64,000 nucleotides of DNA from a virus (Duplodnaviria > Caudoviricetes). Where the stretch lies: IMG/VR virus record IMGVR_UViG_3300037467_001552, positions 4,922 through 68,921 of that record, one strand, 5' to 3'. Positions 17,138 to 27,382 of the stretch are shown here, one piece after another; position 1 is the first letter of the stretch, and each line of letters begins with the position of its first letter. Both the position numbers and the translations under genes were made by a program. Below the pieces are notes generated by a model. The model did not search any database. It saw only the letters and a program-made list of their open reading frames with translations, and was not told the DNA's origin.

Positions 17138-17378
17138 AGCCGTCCTCCGGGATCGCCACGTTGAGCGCCCGCTCGATCGCGATCCTGGCGCGCCGGACGC
17201 GCTTCTGCGCCTCGTCTGACAGGCTCGCGCCGCTGATCGCCTTGCTGGTCAGGGTGATGGCGCCGAAGGCGTCCCGCGCCTCGCAGAGCGCTTCCCAGAC
17301 CTCGGACGAGACACCGATGCTATTCGGATATCGAACGATGCTCGAGGCGCATTGATTTACGACGAAACTCGATTTCAT
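17124..17378 (-). CDS. Hypothetical protein
   Basis: RBS ggaggagactATG. Confidence 0.55.
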   Translation of the reverse strand: MKSSFVVNQCASSIVRYPNSIGVSSEVWEALCEARDAFGAITLTSKAISGASLSDEAQKRVRRARIAIERALNVAIPEDGYARR

Positions 17379-17483
17379 AGTCTCCTCCAGCATTAATGTA
17401 TGTTTCTGTTCAGTAGATCGCCGAATTCCCGCCTGCATTCGCGCGCATTGCGCGAAGCTATGCGCAGAGTCTATGGCAGCCGC

Positions 17484-17768
17484 TCAAATCACATCGGCTT
17501 TCGTCAGCCGATGTTCATCATTGGGGTCGCATCGATCTGGCGCGCGTAGGGTGTCTGAGACCAAAATGCGGAGTTCGTCGTTTCTACGGGCCAGCCAGTA
17601 CAAATTTCTGGCTTGGTTCAGGCTCACGAGAGCCGCGTCGATGCCCTTCAGCGTCGATGTGACGTCCCGGCGGTCCTGGCAGAGAAGGAGCGCAGTCAAT
17701 GCTGTGGAGGCGTCCAACAAGCGGTCGTGAGCGTCGGCCAGGCGCCGCTCCTTCGGGGACGTGTGCAT
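17484..17768 (-). CDS. Hypothetical protein
   Basis: 94 aa helical ORF. Confidence 0.5.
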   Translation of the reverse strand: MHTSPKERRLADAHDRLLDASTALTALLLCQDRRDVTSTLKGIDAALVSLNQARNLYWLARRNDELRILVSDTLRAPDRCDPNDEHRLTKADVI

Positions 17769-18091
17769 GGGATTGGTCTCGGGGTGGCGAAAGCGCCATC
17801 AACAACTTGATCCTAGATCAGGATCGTGAAACGGCGCAAGGGCTGTTTCAGGAAATGAAAAAAATATCGGGATGTGGCCTCGCCGCCCCTCCACAGGGAA
17901 GCGGGGCTGTGACATATAGCGCTCGCTACTCCTGATACGTAGCCGCCCGCATCGGCACCATCTTGCAGGTGTATAAAAAGAGGCGCACGCAACCGCCCCG
18001 CCGTTTAATCCCCGGCCGCGCGAAAAAGTCATCCACAGGCGGCCGTCCAACCCTTGGCTTGTTCTCTGTTTGTTCCTACCATGAGAAAACA

Positions 18092-18478
18092 ATGTCGGAG
18101 AGAGAGGAAATGATCCGGGTTCGGACGGCGTACCAGATCGTCGGATCTCTCCCGATCGACAACTTCCCGCGCGCAGCGGCTGTGCTGCGCAGGGTGATCC
18201 GCATCCTCGACAACAATTACGCCGATTGCTGGGGCGCCAAGATCGGGATTGACGCGTCGGTTCTGGACACCTTCGCGACGGACCCTGTCGACAGCGATAT
18301 CGTCGACGCCGCGCTGGAGATCGTGATGAGGCTCCCGCGGGATAATATGCTGGAGACGCGCGTGATCCTGGATCACGTCGTTCGGTATTTTGTCTCCGAC
18401 GTCCAGAAGCACTGGAGCCAGATCGGTCGCGGCCCGATCCGCGAGCTGCTGCGCGTGATTGAGGGCGGCGCGGCTTAA
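18092..18478 (+). CDS. Hypothetical protein with internal duplication
   Basis: IVGSLPIDNFPRAAAVLRRVIRIL..W and IVMRLPRDNMLETRVILDHVVRYF..W. Confidence 0.6.
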   Translation: MSEREEMIRVRTAYQIVGSLPIDNFPRAAAVLRRVIRILDNNYADCWGAKIGIDASVLDTFATDPVDSDIVDAALEIVMRLPRDNMLETRVILDHVVRYFVSDVQKHWSQIGRGPIRELLRVIEGGAA

Positions 18479-18861
18479 CGCGCGCTCGCCAGATGGTTCG
18501 ACCGCTTCGGGGCAACCGGTCCGCCGCCCATCATGTCGCGCTTCCGCTTCCGGGCATGGCGGATCTCCTGGATCCGCTCCCGGTACGAGGGGAGAATGGT
18601 CCCGTCGAGCCCGCGATAGATCCAATCAGTCGTGAGGCCGGGGAAGCGGTCACAGATCGCGATGGCGGCGTCGGACGTGATTTTGTGGATGTCCCGCTCG
18701 TACTGCGACCAGGCCGGCTGCTTGATCCCGACGACCGCACACCAATCCTGCTGCACCGTGTACCCGAGGGCTTCGCGCAGGATGCCAAGCCGAGCCGCGG
18801 TTGCCTCCCTGGATGAGGGCGGGAAATCCGTGTCGATCACCAGAGCCTCTTTCTTTGGCAT
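18475..18861 (-). CDS. XRE-family HTH repressor (CI-like, no S24 peptidase domain)
   Basis: RLGILREALGYTVQQDWCAVVGIKQPAWSQYE..TTDWIYRG; divergent from a Cro-like gene. Confidence 0.8.
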   Translation of the reverse strand: MPKKEALVIDTDFPPSSREATAARLGILREALGYTVQQDWCAVVGIKQPAWSQYERDIHKITSDAAIAICDRFPGLTTDWIYRGLDGTILPSYRERIQEIRHARKRKRDMMGGGPVAPKRSNHLASAR

Positions 18862-19004
18862 GCCTAAAACATATGCCGCCGGCCCGCGAATCGCGAGGGC
18901 CGCAGATGTATGACACACCCCACCAGTTTCAGAAACGTAAACCATAGCCGTAGCCCCTCCAAGGCCCCTTGCGCCGATATAAACTTCCTGATATCCGTTT
19001 CAGG

Positions 19005-19244
19005 ATGTTGAAACAGATCTTCACCCCCAGCGAGGCGTTCGACGCCCTTGGCGGCACCGACGCCGCCGCCAAGATCGTTGGGCGGTCGAAGCCCTGGGTC
19101 TCCAACCGCCGCAAGCTTAACCGTTTGCCGGCCCATACGTTCCATACAATGTATCCAGCATTAATTGAGGCTGGTTACAAGCCGGATTTATTGATTTGGG
19201 AGGCCATACCTCCCGAATTTCTAGAGATTGGCGGCAAGACCTAA
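19005..19244 (+). CDS. Cro-like HTH protein
   Basis: FDALGGTDAAAKIVGRSKPWVSNRR. Confidence 0.75.
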   Translation: MLKQIFTPSEAFDALGGTDAAAKIVGRSKPWVSNRRKLNRLPAHTFHTMYPALIEAGYKPDLLIWEAIPPEFLEIGGKT

Positions 19245-19357
19245 GGTCTGCCGCCTCGCGAGGCCCCTCGGGGCGGCTCCCTATGGAGCGTTTCCTCCCT
19301 ATGACTGGCTCGGGCTTCGGCCCGAGCCCCTTTCCTCCGAAAATCGGTAGTTTAGGG

Positions 19358-19795
19358 ATGGAATGGTCCGAGCACCTCTATGGGTTCGCCACGCAAGCGG
19401 CCAAGAAGTCGAAGGACTCGACCAAGGTCGGCGCTGCTCTGATCGCTCCGGATGGCAAGACATGCTTGCTGCCTGCTTTCAACGGGCCTCCAATCGGCGT
19501 CGAGGATCTTCCCGAGCGCTTTGAGCGGCCGGCGAAATACCTGTTCGCCTCGCATGCTGAGCAGAACCTGATCTCGTTCGCGGCGCGGCACGGTATCCGC
19601 ACCGACGGATGCCACGTCTATGTGACACATTTTCCGTGTGCCGGGTGCTCCCGTTCGCTGATCCAGGCCGGCATCCGCAAGGTCTTCTTCGGCCCCGGCA
19701 CGACCAGCATGCCCGCCGAGGAGTTCGAGGCCGCCCGCGAGATGTTTTTCGAGGCCGGCGTCGAGTACCGGCCGATCACCTGCGAGGCCCTCTAA
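19358..19795 (+). CDS. dCMP deaminase (ComEB/CDD family)
   Basis: HAEQN and VTHFPCAGCSRSLIQAGI zinc-deaminase motifs; KVGAALI. Confidence 0.9.
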   Translation: MEWSEHLYGFATQAAKKSKDSTKVGAALIAPDGKTCLLPAFNGPPIGVEDLPERFERPAKYLFASHAEQNLISFAARHGIRTDGCHVYVTHFPCAGCSRSLIQAGIRKVFFGPGTTSMPAEEFEAAREMFFEAGVEYRPITCEAL

Positions 19796-20217
19796 TGGCC
19801 CGCGGTCCCGAACACGCGGTCCAGACCCCGATCGTGAAGGCGCTGCACGCGCTGTACGACTGCCGGGTCGCCTCCAACAACAACGGTGGCTACCGCACCC
19901 GCACAGAGGCGTATGCGCTCGCCGATCTCGGCACCTGGGCGGGCTATCCCGACCTGTCGATCTTCGGCCGGCTTGAGCGGATGTTCTTCATCGAGTGCAA
20001 GGCCAAGATCCAGGCCCGCGAGCGGGCGGTCTCCCCGTTCGACCGCTTCTGGTCGCTGTCTGCCTCGCAGAAGGTCGCCATCCCCGAGCTGCGGGATCGC
20101 GGGTTCCGGGTCGCCGTCGTCGACAACGTCGAGGAGGCCATCGCGGCCGCCCGCGACTTCGGCCTCGGACCCAAGCTCAAGATCGTGGCGCCCGCGCGCC
20201 TTGCGACGGGGTTTTGA
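19795..20217 (+). CDS. VRR-NUC-type nuclease
   Basis: AGYPDLSIF..FFIECKA..LSASQK..LRDRGFRVAVVDNVEEA. Confidence 0.85.
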   Translation: MARGPEHAVQTPIVKALHALYDCRVASNNNGGYRTRTEAYALADLGTWAGYPDLSIFGRLERMFFIECKAKIQARERAVSPFDRFWSLSASQKVAIPELRDRGFRVAVVDNVEEAIAAARDFGLGPKLKIVAPARLATGF

Positions 20218-20218
20218 G

Positions 20219-20449
20219 ATGGCCGACGAAGCTCCCAAACCGGGCAAGCGCGTCCAGCGCATCTTGGATCGCTGCGAGCGCGGGCAGGTGCTCTGCCGCG
20301 GCCACCGCCCCGAGACGTGGTGGTTCGAGCCGTCGGGCATCGCCTGCGGCTCAACCAGCGCCCGCAAGGCCGTCGATCTCGGCCTCGTCGCCCCGATCTC
20401 CGGCGACCTGTTCGGCGACGGCACGGCTCAAACCTACGGAGTGGCGTGA
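20219..20449 (+). CDS. Hypothetical protein
   Basis: 76 aa, coupled operon. Confidence 0.6.
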   Translation: MADEAPKPGKRVQRILDRCERGQVLCRGHRPETWWFEPSGIACGSTSARKAVDLGLVAPISGDLFGDGTAQTYGVA

Positions 20450-20586
20450 TGCTCCTCGCCTGCGTCCTGTGGCTGCCCTTCCTCTGCTCGACGCTCGTCG
20501 CGTGCGGCGCGATCCTCGGCGTTCGGCCGATCGTCACGATCATCCTGCTCGCGATCATCATCGACCTTGCGCTGGTGATCTCGTGA
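20449..20586 (+). CDS. Small membrane protein
   Basis: 45 aa, entirely hydrophobic. Confidence 0.45.
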   Translation: MLLACVLWLPFLCSTLVACGAILGVRPIVTIILLAIIIDLALVIS

Positions 20587-20837
20587 GCTGCCCCGAGTGC
20601 AATTCCGGGCTCTGGATCCCGGCGTGCGGAATGCGCCTGTGCCTGCCCTGCGGCACGCGCTTCGTGGCGCCGTCAGGCGGCAGGGCGGCGGTCGACGCCC
20701 GCGAACGCGCCAGGCGGACGCCCGAACGCATCCGCGAGCAAACCCGCCGTGGCTACCTGCGCCGGCAGGCCCGCGCCGAGGCGGCCGAGAGCGGTCGCCC
20801 GGTCGAGCAGATCTATGCCGAATGGGGGGTCGCATGA
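20583..20837 (+). CDS. Zn-ribbon protein
   Basis: CPEC...CLPC at the N-terminus. Confidence 0.55.
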   Translation: MSCPECNSGLWIPACGMRLCLPCGTRFVAPSGGRAAVDARERARRTPERIREQTRRGYLRRQARAEAAESGRPVEQIYAEWGVA

Positions 20838-21058
20838 GCCGCCGCAACCCCTGCCTCGACGCCGCGATCACGGTGCTCCTGGAGCACGGCCTCTCCTACA
20901 TGGTCGAGTACGGCGGCAAGCATATCAAGCTGCGCTACTCGGTCGGCGGCCGCGCGTGCTGCCAGACCGTCCCCGTGTCCGGCAGCGACAAGCGCGGGCC
21001 GCTCAACACCCGCGGTCAGGTGCGGCGGTGCATTCGCGATGCGGGGGTGGGCGCGTGA
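20834..21058 (+). CDS. HicA-like small protein
   Basis: YGGKHIKLRY..TVPVSGSDKRGPLNTRGQVRR; HicA-type G-x-H motif. Confidence 0.55.
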   Translation: MSRRNPCLDAAITVLLEHGLSYMVEYGGKHIKLRYSVGGRACCQTVPVSGSDKRGPLNTRGQVRRCIRDAGVGA

Positions 21059-21507
21059 CCAACCCCTTCCTCGACCTCGCCGAAGCCCAGACCCCGCGCC
21101 CGGTGAAGGCGCGCCAGCAGGCTGCCCGCAAGGCGGCCGAGACCCGCGCGAACAACAAGCAGGAGGAGGAAGATCGCATCCTGCTCAGCCAGTTCCTGGC
21201 GCATCGCCGTGAGGAGCGCGAGAGCCTGCTCGCCGGCCCGTTCGGCGCCGAGGTCAAGGGCCTGCTGTCGTTCGCCCGGACCATGACGCTCCAGTCCGCG
21301 CCCGAGCTGATCGAGCGCGTCGCCCGCGCCGAATGGATCAAGACCATGTCGGTCGATGATAAATTTGTGCTCCTCCGAGTCATCAATACAGCAATCGTGA
21401 ATTTGCGGGTCCGCAATGGATTGGCGCCGTTAGACGATGCGCTTTGGTGCGATAGCCCGCGCGCGTTCCACATAGTCAAGACTCTGCTTGGGCTCGACGG
21501 CAAATGA
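21055..21507 (+). CDS. Hypothetical protein
   Basis: 150 aa, coupled to the nuclease gene. Confidence 0.65.
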   Translation: MTNPFLDLAEAQTPRPVKARQQAARKAAETRANNKQEEEDRILLSQFLAHRREERESLLAGPFGAEVKGLLSFARTMTLQSAPELIERVARAEWIKTMSVDDKFVLLRVINTAIVNLRVRNGLAPLDDALWCDSPRAFHIVKTLLGLDGK

Positions 21508-22580
21508 TCAAGAAAGCACTTGACCAGTTCGCCGCAGCCTCTAACAAATCTTGGCTCTTGGAGCGCTCCGCCACCGTTGGCGCATCGTCGGTCGGCCAAT
21601 GCGCGAGGAAGGTCTGGTTCGAAAAGAACGCGGACGATCCCGAGAGCCCGCAGCCTGATCCCGAGTACGTCGACCGCTGGGGGGCCAAGGAGCGCGGCAC
21701 CTTCTACGAGACGCACTTCTGGAACCCGGCCATGAAGATGGCCTTCGGGGACGACGCCCTCTTCTGCGGCGACGATCAGCGCACCCTCGTTCTCGACCTG
21801 CTCTCTGCGACCTCGGATCTCCTGCTCATCAATCGCGAGCGCGACTGCCTCAAACATCTCGGCGTTGAGGACATTGAGTCCGACTGCATCGTATCGGATT
21901 GCAAGACGAAGGATAGCCGGATCAATCTGGACAGCCTGCCCAAATCAGAAAACGTCTTCCAGATCCACACGCAGATCGGCTTGATCCGCGCCCTCACGCC
22001 GTACAAGCCCGTCTACGGCATCCTTTCGTACACGGATGCCTCGTGGTGGGACGAAGTTCACGAATTCCCCGTCCGCTTCGACCCGCAGGTCTTCGAGCAG
22101 GCCAAACTCCGCGCCCGCGACATCATGCTGGCGCAGAGCGCGCAAGCCCTGAAGCCGGAAGGCTTCATCGCCGGCGGTAAGGATTGCGACTACTGCGCGT
22201 TCACCCGCGCCTGCGGATCGGCGCGCGCGTCGTTCGTCCCGCGTGAGGAGAAGCCGATCGATCCGGCCACGACGGACAAGATCGCGAACCAGGCCAAGCT
22301 GGTGAGCGCGCTTGAGGAGAGCGCCGAGAACTACGCCAAGGAGGCGCGCGAGGCGAAGGCCATCCTGCGCGACATGCTCTCCGAGGCCGGAACGCGGCGG
22401 GTCGAGGGCGAGGGCGTCAAGGTTCGCTGGACCCAGACCAAGGGCAGGAAATCCGTCGACAACAAGGCGCTTCGCGAAGCGGCGGAAGCCGCCGGCATCG
22501 ACGTGAGCGCCTTCAACAAGATCGGCGCAGAGGGCGACCAGCTCGTGATTTCGGTCGGAGGCTCCGATGCAGCCGCGTGA
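21504..22580 (+). CDS. Cas4/AddB-like PD-(D/E)XK exonuclease with Fe-S cysteines
   Basis: [36 protein letters not shown]. Confidence 0.82.
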   Translation: MIKKALDQFAAASNKSWLLERSATVGASSVGQCARKVWFEKNADDPESPQPDPEYVDRWGAKERGTFYETHFWNPAMKMAFGDDALFCGDDQRTLVLDLLSATSDLLLINRERDCLKHLGVEDIESDCIVSDCKTKDSRINLDSLPKSENVFQIHTQIGLIRALTPYKPVYGILSYTDASWWDEVHEFPVRFDPQVFEQAKLRARDIMLAQSAQALKPEGFIAGGKDCDYCAFTRACGSARASFVPREEKPIDPATTDKIANQAKLVSALEESAENYAKEAREAKAILRDMLSEAGTRRVEGEGVKVRWTQTKGRKSVDNKALREAAEAAGIDVSAFNKIGAEGDQLVISVGGSDAAA

Positions 22581-23106
22581 CATCACGGGCGAGCGGTTCG
22601 GTCGCCTTACGGCCCTCCAGTTCGTGGACCGCGACGCGCGAGGGCAGCACACTTGGCTGTGCCGTTGCGAATGTGGAACGCTCACGGTCGCTAGGAAGCC
22701 CCACCTCATTAACGGCAACACGAAGTCGTGCGGCTGCCTTCAAAGAGAGAAGACGTCGGCCGCCAACAGTCGCGAGAGCCCCATCTACAAAGGCCCGCAC
22801 GCTCGCTTGTATGCCGTTTGGAATCAGATGAGGGCTAGATGTCACAGCCCTAGGAACCCCTCGTATTACCTGTACGGCGCTCGTGGGATCTATGTCTGCG
22901 ACCGCTGGCGCAATGATTTTCATGCCTTTGTTGCGGACATGGGCGAGCGCCCCTCTCCCCAGCACTCTCTCGACCGCATCGACAACGACGGGCCGTACTC
23001 GCCCGAGAACTGTCGGTGGGCAACCCATCGCGAGCAGCAAGAAAACAAGCGGCCCCGCCGCGATGCTCGCGTCAAGACTCCCAGAGGGGAGAGGGCGAAC
23101 CCGTGA
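22567..23106 (+). CDS. HNH-type homing endonuclease
   Basis: [44 protein letters not shown]. Confidence 0.88.
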   Translation: MQPRDITGERFGRLTALQFVDRDARGQHTWLCRCECGTLTVARKPHLINGNTKSCGCLQREKTSAANSRESPIYKGPHARLYAVWNQMRARCHSPRNPSYYLYGARGIYVCDRWRNDFHAFVADMGERPSPQHSLDRIDNDGPYSPENCRWATHREQQENKRPRRDARVKTPRGERANP

Positions 23107-23142
23107 TCGGGTCGCCTAGCAAGCACAAAAGAAAGCGAGAAA

Positions 23143-23883
23143 ATGAACGATCTTACCCCCATTAAGTCGTCTGGTGCGCTTGTCGCCGCTGCGCCTAACA
23201 ACTTCGAAGCCTACTCGGAAGCCGCCAGCGGCAACCGCATTATTGGCGATTTGTTGAAATTTTCGAAGGGGGACTGGCTTTTTGGCCGTAACTCCGACGA
23301 AATGGCGCGCGGCACCCGCCTCGTCGCGAACATCGCCGACCTGAAGGTCGGGATGGTGAAGTGGGAAGGCGGCAAGCCGGTCGACGCGGAGATGGGCCGG
23401 GTGGCCGATGGCTACCGCATGCCCAAGCGCGAAGACCTCGGCTCGACGGACAAGGACCTCTGGGAGCGCGATGAGGTTTCGGGCCAGCCCCGCGACCCGT
23501 GGCAGCTCACGAATGTCCTGATCCTCAAGGCCGAGAAGGGCGACCAGCTCTTCACGTTTTCGCCTTCCAGCAAGGGCGGCGTCGGCGCCATCGCAAAACT
23601 GGCAGGAGAGTACGGCAAGCGGGTCCGCTCGCACCCGAACGATCTGCCGATCGTGGCCCTCGAGGTCGACTCGTACTCGCACCCGAACAAGGCGCTTGGC
23701 CGCATCAAGGTGCCGGTCCTGAAGATCGTCGGGTGGACTGCGAGCGCCGGCTTCGAAGACGCCCTCGCCGCCGAGGCTGCCGAGGCGGAGGAGATGTCGG
23801 ATCTCCCTTTTGATGAAGCGCCCGCCGCGGCTGTGACCGCGACGGGCCGGGGCGGCAAGCCGTCCCGTTCGGCCGAGTTCTGA
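23143..23883 (+). CDS. Single-stranded DNA-binding-like protein
   Basis: LLKFSKGDW..DPWQ..FSPSSKGG..LPIVALEVDSYSH..GRIKVPVLKIVGW, acidic tail; sits between exonuclease and primase. Confidence 0.65.
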   Translation: MNDLTPIKSSGALVAAAPNNFEAYSEAASGNRIIGDLLKFSKGDWLFGRNSDEMARGTRLVANIADLKVGMVKWEGGKPVDAEMGRVADGYRMPKREDLGSTDKDLWERDEVSGQPRDPWQLTNVLILKAEKGDQLFTFSPSSKGGVGAIAKLAGEYGKRVRSHPNDLPIVALEVDSYSHPNKALGRIKVPVLKIVGWTASAGFEDALAAEAAEAEEMSDLPFDEAPAAAVTATGRGGKPSRSAEF

Positions 23884-23955
23884 TCAACCCAACCAGCGCC
23901 GCCTCGGGCTCCTACCCCCTTGGCGGCGCGCCTACCTGACCACCCAGGCGCGCGC

Positions 23956-26667
23956 ATGTCGATTGAAACTCCATCCCAATTTCTGCGCGCTTTCTTCGGA
24001 GCCTACTCCGAGGCGCCTGTCTTCCTCGTCTCCCTACCGAACACCGATGAGCGCGAGGGCCAGGCCGGGCCCAAGGAGGTCCTGTCGCGCGATCCCGCAA
24101 CCATCGACGGCTTCGTCCAGCGCTGGGATCGCAAGGGGCGGGGCCTCTACTTCTGCGTCGGCACGATCAAGGAAGGCGCCATGCCGAACCGCCCCGGCGG
24201 GTCGCGGCGCAACAAGGAGAACCTCGCCGAGCTGGTCACGGCGCACGCCGAGGTCGACGCCAAGGAGATCCTGTGCTCGCTCGACGAGGTGATCGAGGCG
24301 GTCTGGAACCTGCCGCACCCGCCGTCGATCACCATCCGCTCCGGCAACGGCCTGCACCTGTACTGGCTCCTGTCCGAGAACCTGCCGGCGGACTCCGAGA
24401 GCATCTACCGCCTGGAGCGCCTGAACGAGCAGCTCGGCGAGCTGGTCGGCGGCGACGACGTGCAGGACGCGACCCGCCTGCTGCGCGTGCCCTTCACCCA
24501 CAACACCAAGAAGGGCACGTGGAAGCCCGTCGAGATCGTCGAAGCCAAGTTCGAGCCGCGCCACGAGATCGAGGATCTCGAAGAGATGGTCGCGATGCTG
24601 TCGCCGGTGGTGAAGCGCAAGCCGCCCGCGCCGCGCGCCGACGGCGGCACTTCGCCGGCGGACAACCCGTTCCTGCGCGTGGCGGCCGAGCACGGCTACA
24701 AGCCGCCGCTCGACGTCAAGGCCGAGGTCGAGGGGCTCGCGCTCGGCTCGATCAATCAGACGCTCTGCCGCCTGACAGCATCCCTGTCGTCCAAGGGCGT
24801 CGGCGTTGAGGACATCGTCGATTACCTCATGCCGGCGGTCGAGCGCGCCAACCGCGTCGCCGACGGCGATTATCCCGAGCGCAAGGCACGCCACGACGAG
24901 CGCCTGATCCGCAACCAGTGCGCGTCGTTCCGCCGGAAGAACCCGGGCCTGCCGAGCGATGTCGCGATTGAGGTCGCGCTGGGGCTCAACGTCCCGCAGA
25001 TCGAGATCCCGGAGCAGACCAACGTCGTCCAGCTCTCCGTAGCCCAGGCGCGCACGACCCAGAAGGACGAGACTGTCGTCGGCAAGGCCGAGCCGGTCGA
25101 GCAGGTTGTGAACGGCGCCAACGTCGTCCCGTTCGCCGGCAAGGCCGAGAAGAAGCGCGGACGGCCGGAAGGATCCGGCGGCCCGAAGCCTTCCGAGGTC
25201 GCCGCCCTGATCTCGGACGGCGTGATCGAGGCGCTGCGGCAGGACGGCCGCGACATGATCCACACCGAGGGCGACACCTTCCTCTACGGCGAGGGCGTCT
25301 GGTGTGGCGCCGGCCCGGCCGAGCACCAGTTCCTCAAGGTCGTCGTCCAGCGCGGCTGCGAGGCGCTCGGCCACAAGGGCGACGCCCGCGCGGCCAACGG
25401 CGCCCTCAAGCTCCTCCTGGAAAGCCCCGCCCTCTACGTGCCGGTCGTGCCGTGGAACACGGGCGACAGCGTGGCGCTCGGCAACGGCATGCTCGAGCTG
25501 CGCACCCGCCGGTTCGGATCCTTCTCCTCAAAGGCGTGGTGCCGCATGAAGATCAAGACGCCCTACGAGCCGCGGGCGGCCTGCCCGATCTTCCTCAAGT
25601 TCCTGGAGAGCGCCTTCGCCGACCGCGAGCCCGACGAGCGTGCCAAGATCATCACGCTGATCCAGGAGTTCTTCGGCTCCATGCTGGCGGTCTCGACGCT
25701 GCACCGCGAGCAGCGCAAGGCGCTCCTGCTGTTCGGCCCGTCCCGCTCGGGCAAGACCGTGCTCAGCTCGGTCGCGCGCCTGCTGATCGGCTCGCGCATC
25801 GCCTCGCCGTCGATCGCCGACATCGGCAAGGATTTCGGGCTCCAGTTGCTCGCCGCCGCCAACGCTTGGGTGCGCGACGACGCGGTCTCCGAGGGCGACC
25901 GGATCGACCCGGCCCGCTTCAAGGTGCTGGTGACCGGCGAAGGCCTTGAAATCAATCGGAAAAATCAGGCGCCGCTGACCTACTCGTGCAACATCCCGAT
26001 CCTGCTCACGACCAACGTCCTGCCGAAGGCCAAAGACTCGTCGGACGCGCTCTACAACCGCTGCATCGTCCTCGACATGCGCTCGGTGGTCGAGGAGGAG
26101 CGGTCTCTTGAGGCCAAGCTGGCGCTCGGGATCCCCGCCGAGGCCGGCGTCGCGGAATACATCGCCGAGCACGAGGCGTCCGGCATCCTGAACTGGGCCC
26201 TCGACGGCCTCGATCGGCTGCGCGAGCGCGGGCGGTACGACATGCCGAAGTCGGTCAAGCAGACCATTGAGAAGTTCAAGGCCAGCAACAACCCGGTTCA
26301 GGAGTGGTTCAACGCCTGCGTCGAGGTTGATCCCGAGTACATGGTCTCCCGCGCCGACCTTCGCTGCGCCTTCCACGGCTACGTGAAGGAGGAGGAGGGC
26401 GACGGCGCCAGGGCGATGGGCGGCGCGCACTTCCTCAAGGCGCTCGAAGCCTTCGCGTACCTGGGCATCGATGTCGAAGGCAAGAAGGACGGCCGCGGCA
26501 TCCGCATGGTGATGGGCCTGAAGCTGAACGACGACGGCAAGCGGCTTTGGGAGGACCACAAAGCCAAGCCGCTCAACTCGGGCTGTGAGGGCTCGTCCAC
26601 GAGCAAGGATGAGATCAACCGCGCGTGCGATGCGCGGCGCACCAGCGAGTCGAAGTCGGAGTTCTGA
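23956..26667 (+). CDS. Primase-helicase (RepB-like primase N-terminus plus D5/SF3 helicase)
   Basis: SGNGLHLYWLL, DATRLLRVPFT; FGPSRSGKT Walker A; LLTTN. Confidence 0.9.
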   Translation: MSIETPSQFLRAFFGAYSEAPVFLVSLPNTDEREGQAGPKEVLSRDPATIDGFVQRWDRKGRGLYFCVGTIKEGAMPNRPGGSRRNKENLAELVTAHAEVDAKEILCSLDEVIEAVWNLPHPPSITIRSGNGLHLYWLLSENLPADSESIYRLERLNEQLGELVGGDDVQDATRLLRVPFTHNTKKGTWKPVEIVEAKFEPRHEIEDLEEMVAMLSPVVKRKPPAPRADGGTSPADNPFLRVAAEHGYKPPLDVKAEVEGLALGSINQTLCRLTASLSSKGVGVEDIVDYLMPAVERANRVADGDYPERKARHDERLIRNQCASFRRKNPGLPSDVAIEVALGLNVPQIEIPEQTNVVQLSVAQARTTQKDETVVGKAEPVEQVVNGANVVPFAGKAEKKRGRPEGSGGPKPSEVAALISDGVIEALRQDGRDMIHTEGDTFLYGEGVWCGAGPAEHQFLKVVVQRGCEALGHKGDARAANGALKLLLESPALYVPVVPWNTGDSVALGNGMLELRTRRFGSFSSKAWCRMKIKTPYEPRAACPIFLKFLESAFADREPDERAKIITLIQEFFGSMLAVSTLHREQRKALLLFGPSRSGKTVLSSVARLLIGSRIASPSIADIGKDFGLQLLAAANAWVRDDAVSEGDRIDPARFKVLVTGEGLEINRKNQAPLTYSCNIPILLTTNVLPKAKDSSDALYNRCIVLDMRSVVEEERSLEAKLALGIPAEAGVAEYIAEHEASGILNWALDGLDRLRERGRYDMPKSVKQTIEKFKASNNPVQEWFNACVEVDPEYMVSRADLRCAFHGYVKEEEGDGARAMGGAHFLKALEAFAYLGIDVEGKKDGRGIRMVMGLKLNDDGKRLWEDHKAKPLNSGCEGSSTSKDEINRACDARRTSESKSEF

Positions 26668-26669
26668 CC

Positions 26670-27149
26670 ATGGATCCCTTCAACAAGACGCTCGACCAAC
26701 TGAACGCTGATATCGCCCGCGCCGCCTCGGCCTATGAGGTGCGCTGGTCCTGGCTGGCGCTGCACCGGGTCAGCCCGGTGATCGCCGAGAAGCTTGAGCG
26801 CCAGCGCAATCTCTACGACGCCGCCAAGGCGAGCGGCTCGATCTCCGAACTGCGCACGCAGGGCGAGGGGCTCATCCGCGGCTACCGCAAGGCGGTCGAG
26901 GTGATGGAGGAGGAGCGCGAGCCCGAGGACAACTATCTGGTCGGCCAGTGCCCCGCGACCGGCTGGCGGATCGTCATTGGGCACAACCCCGCCCAGGCGC
27001 AGCTCGGTGGCGAGGCGGAAGGGTGTGCGTGGTTCACGCCGGATGAAATCGCGGCGCTGTTCGCGGAGTCGCGGGCCGCAAAGCTGATGCTTGAGGTCAA
27101 GCGGGCCTTTCGTGGGTCGTCGATCGCGAGCGTGAAGGAGAGCGTGTGA
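26670..27149 (+). CDS. Hypothetical protein (primase-associated)
   Basis: 159 aa directly after the primase. Confidence 0.7.
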   Translation: MDPFNKTLDQLNADIARAASAYEVRWSWLALHRVSPVIAEKLERQRNLYDAAKASGSISELRTQGEGLIRGYRKAVEVMEEEREPEDNYLVGQCPATGWRIVIGHNPAQAQLGGEAEGCAWFTPDEIAALFAESRAAKLMLEVKRAFRGSSIASVKESV

Positions 27150-27382
27150 TGGGCCAGCCCGACAACGAATGGATCCCGGTCGCACGCATGCCGGACAGAT
27201 TTAGGGACGGTCGAGCGTTGTTCGTCTGGGCGGAGGGTCGCCCGTTCATCGTCCGTTTTGAAGGCAGATACTGCGTTGTCGTGGACGACTACCATCCAGC
27301 GGGCGGCAACTTGGACGTCTCTACCATCACGCACTTCGCACCGATGATGCTCGGTCCGAACAACGAAGAGGCCGCGTTCTGA
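27149..27382 (+). CDS. Hypothetical protein (DUF551-like)
   Basis: EWIPVARMP..DGRALFVW..ITHFAPM. Confidence 0.55.
   Translation: MGQPDNEWIPVARMPDRFRDGRALFVWAEGRPFIVRFEGRYCVVVDDYHPAGGNLDVSTITHFAPMMLGPNNEEAAF

Noticed and set aside
23956-26667. Intein in the primase-helicase or terminase
   Set aside because: No C/S...HN-C/S/T splice motifs or LAGLIDADG blocks were seen; lengths are explained by known domains.
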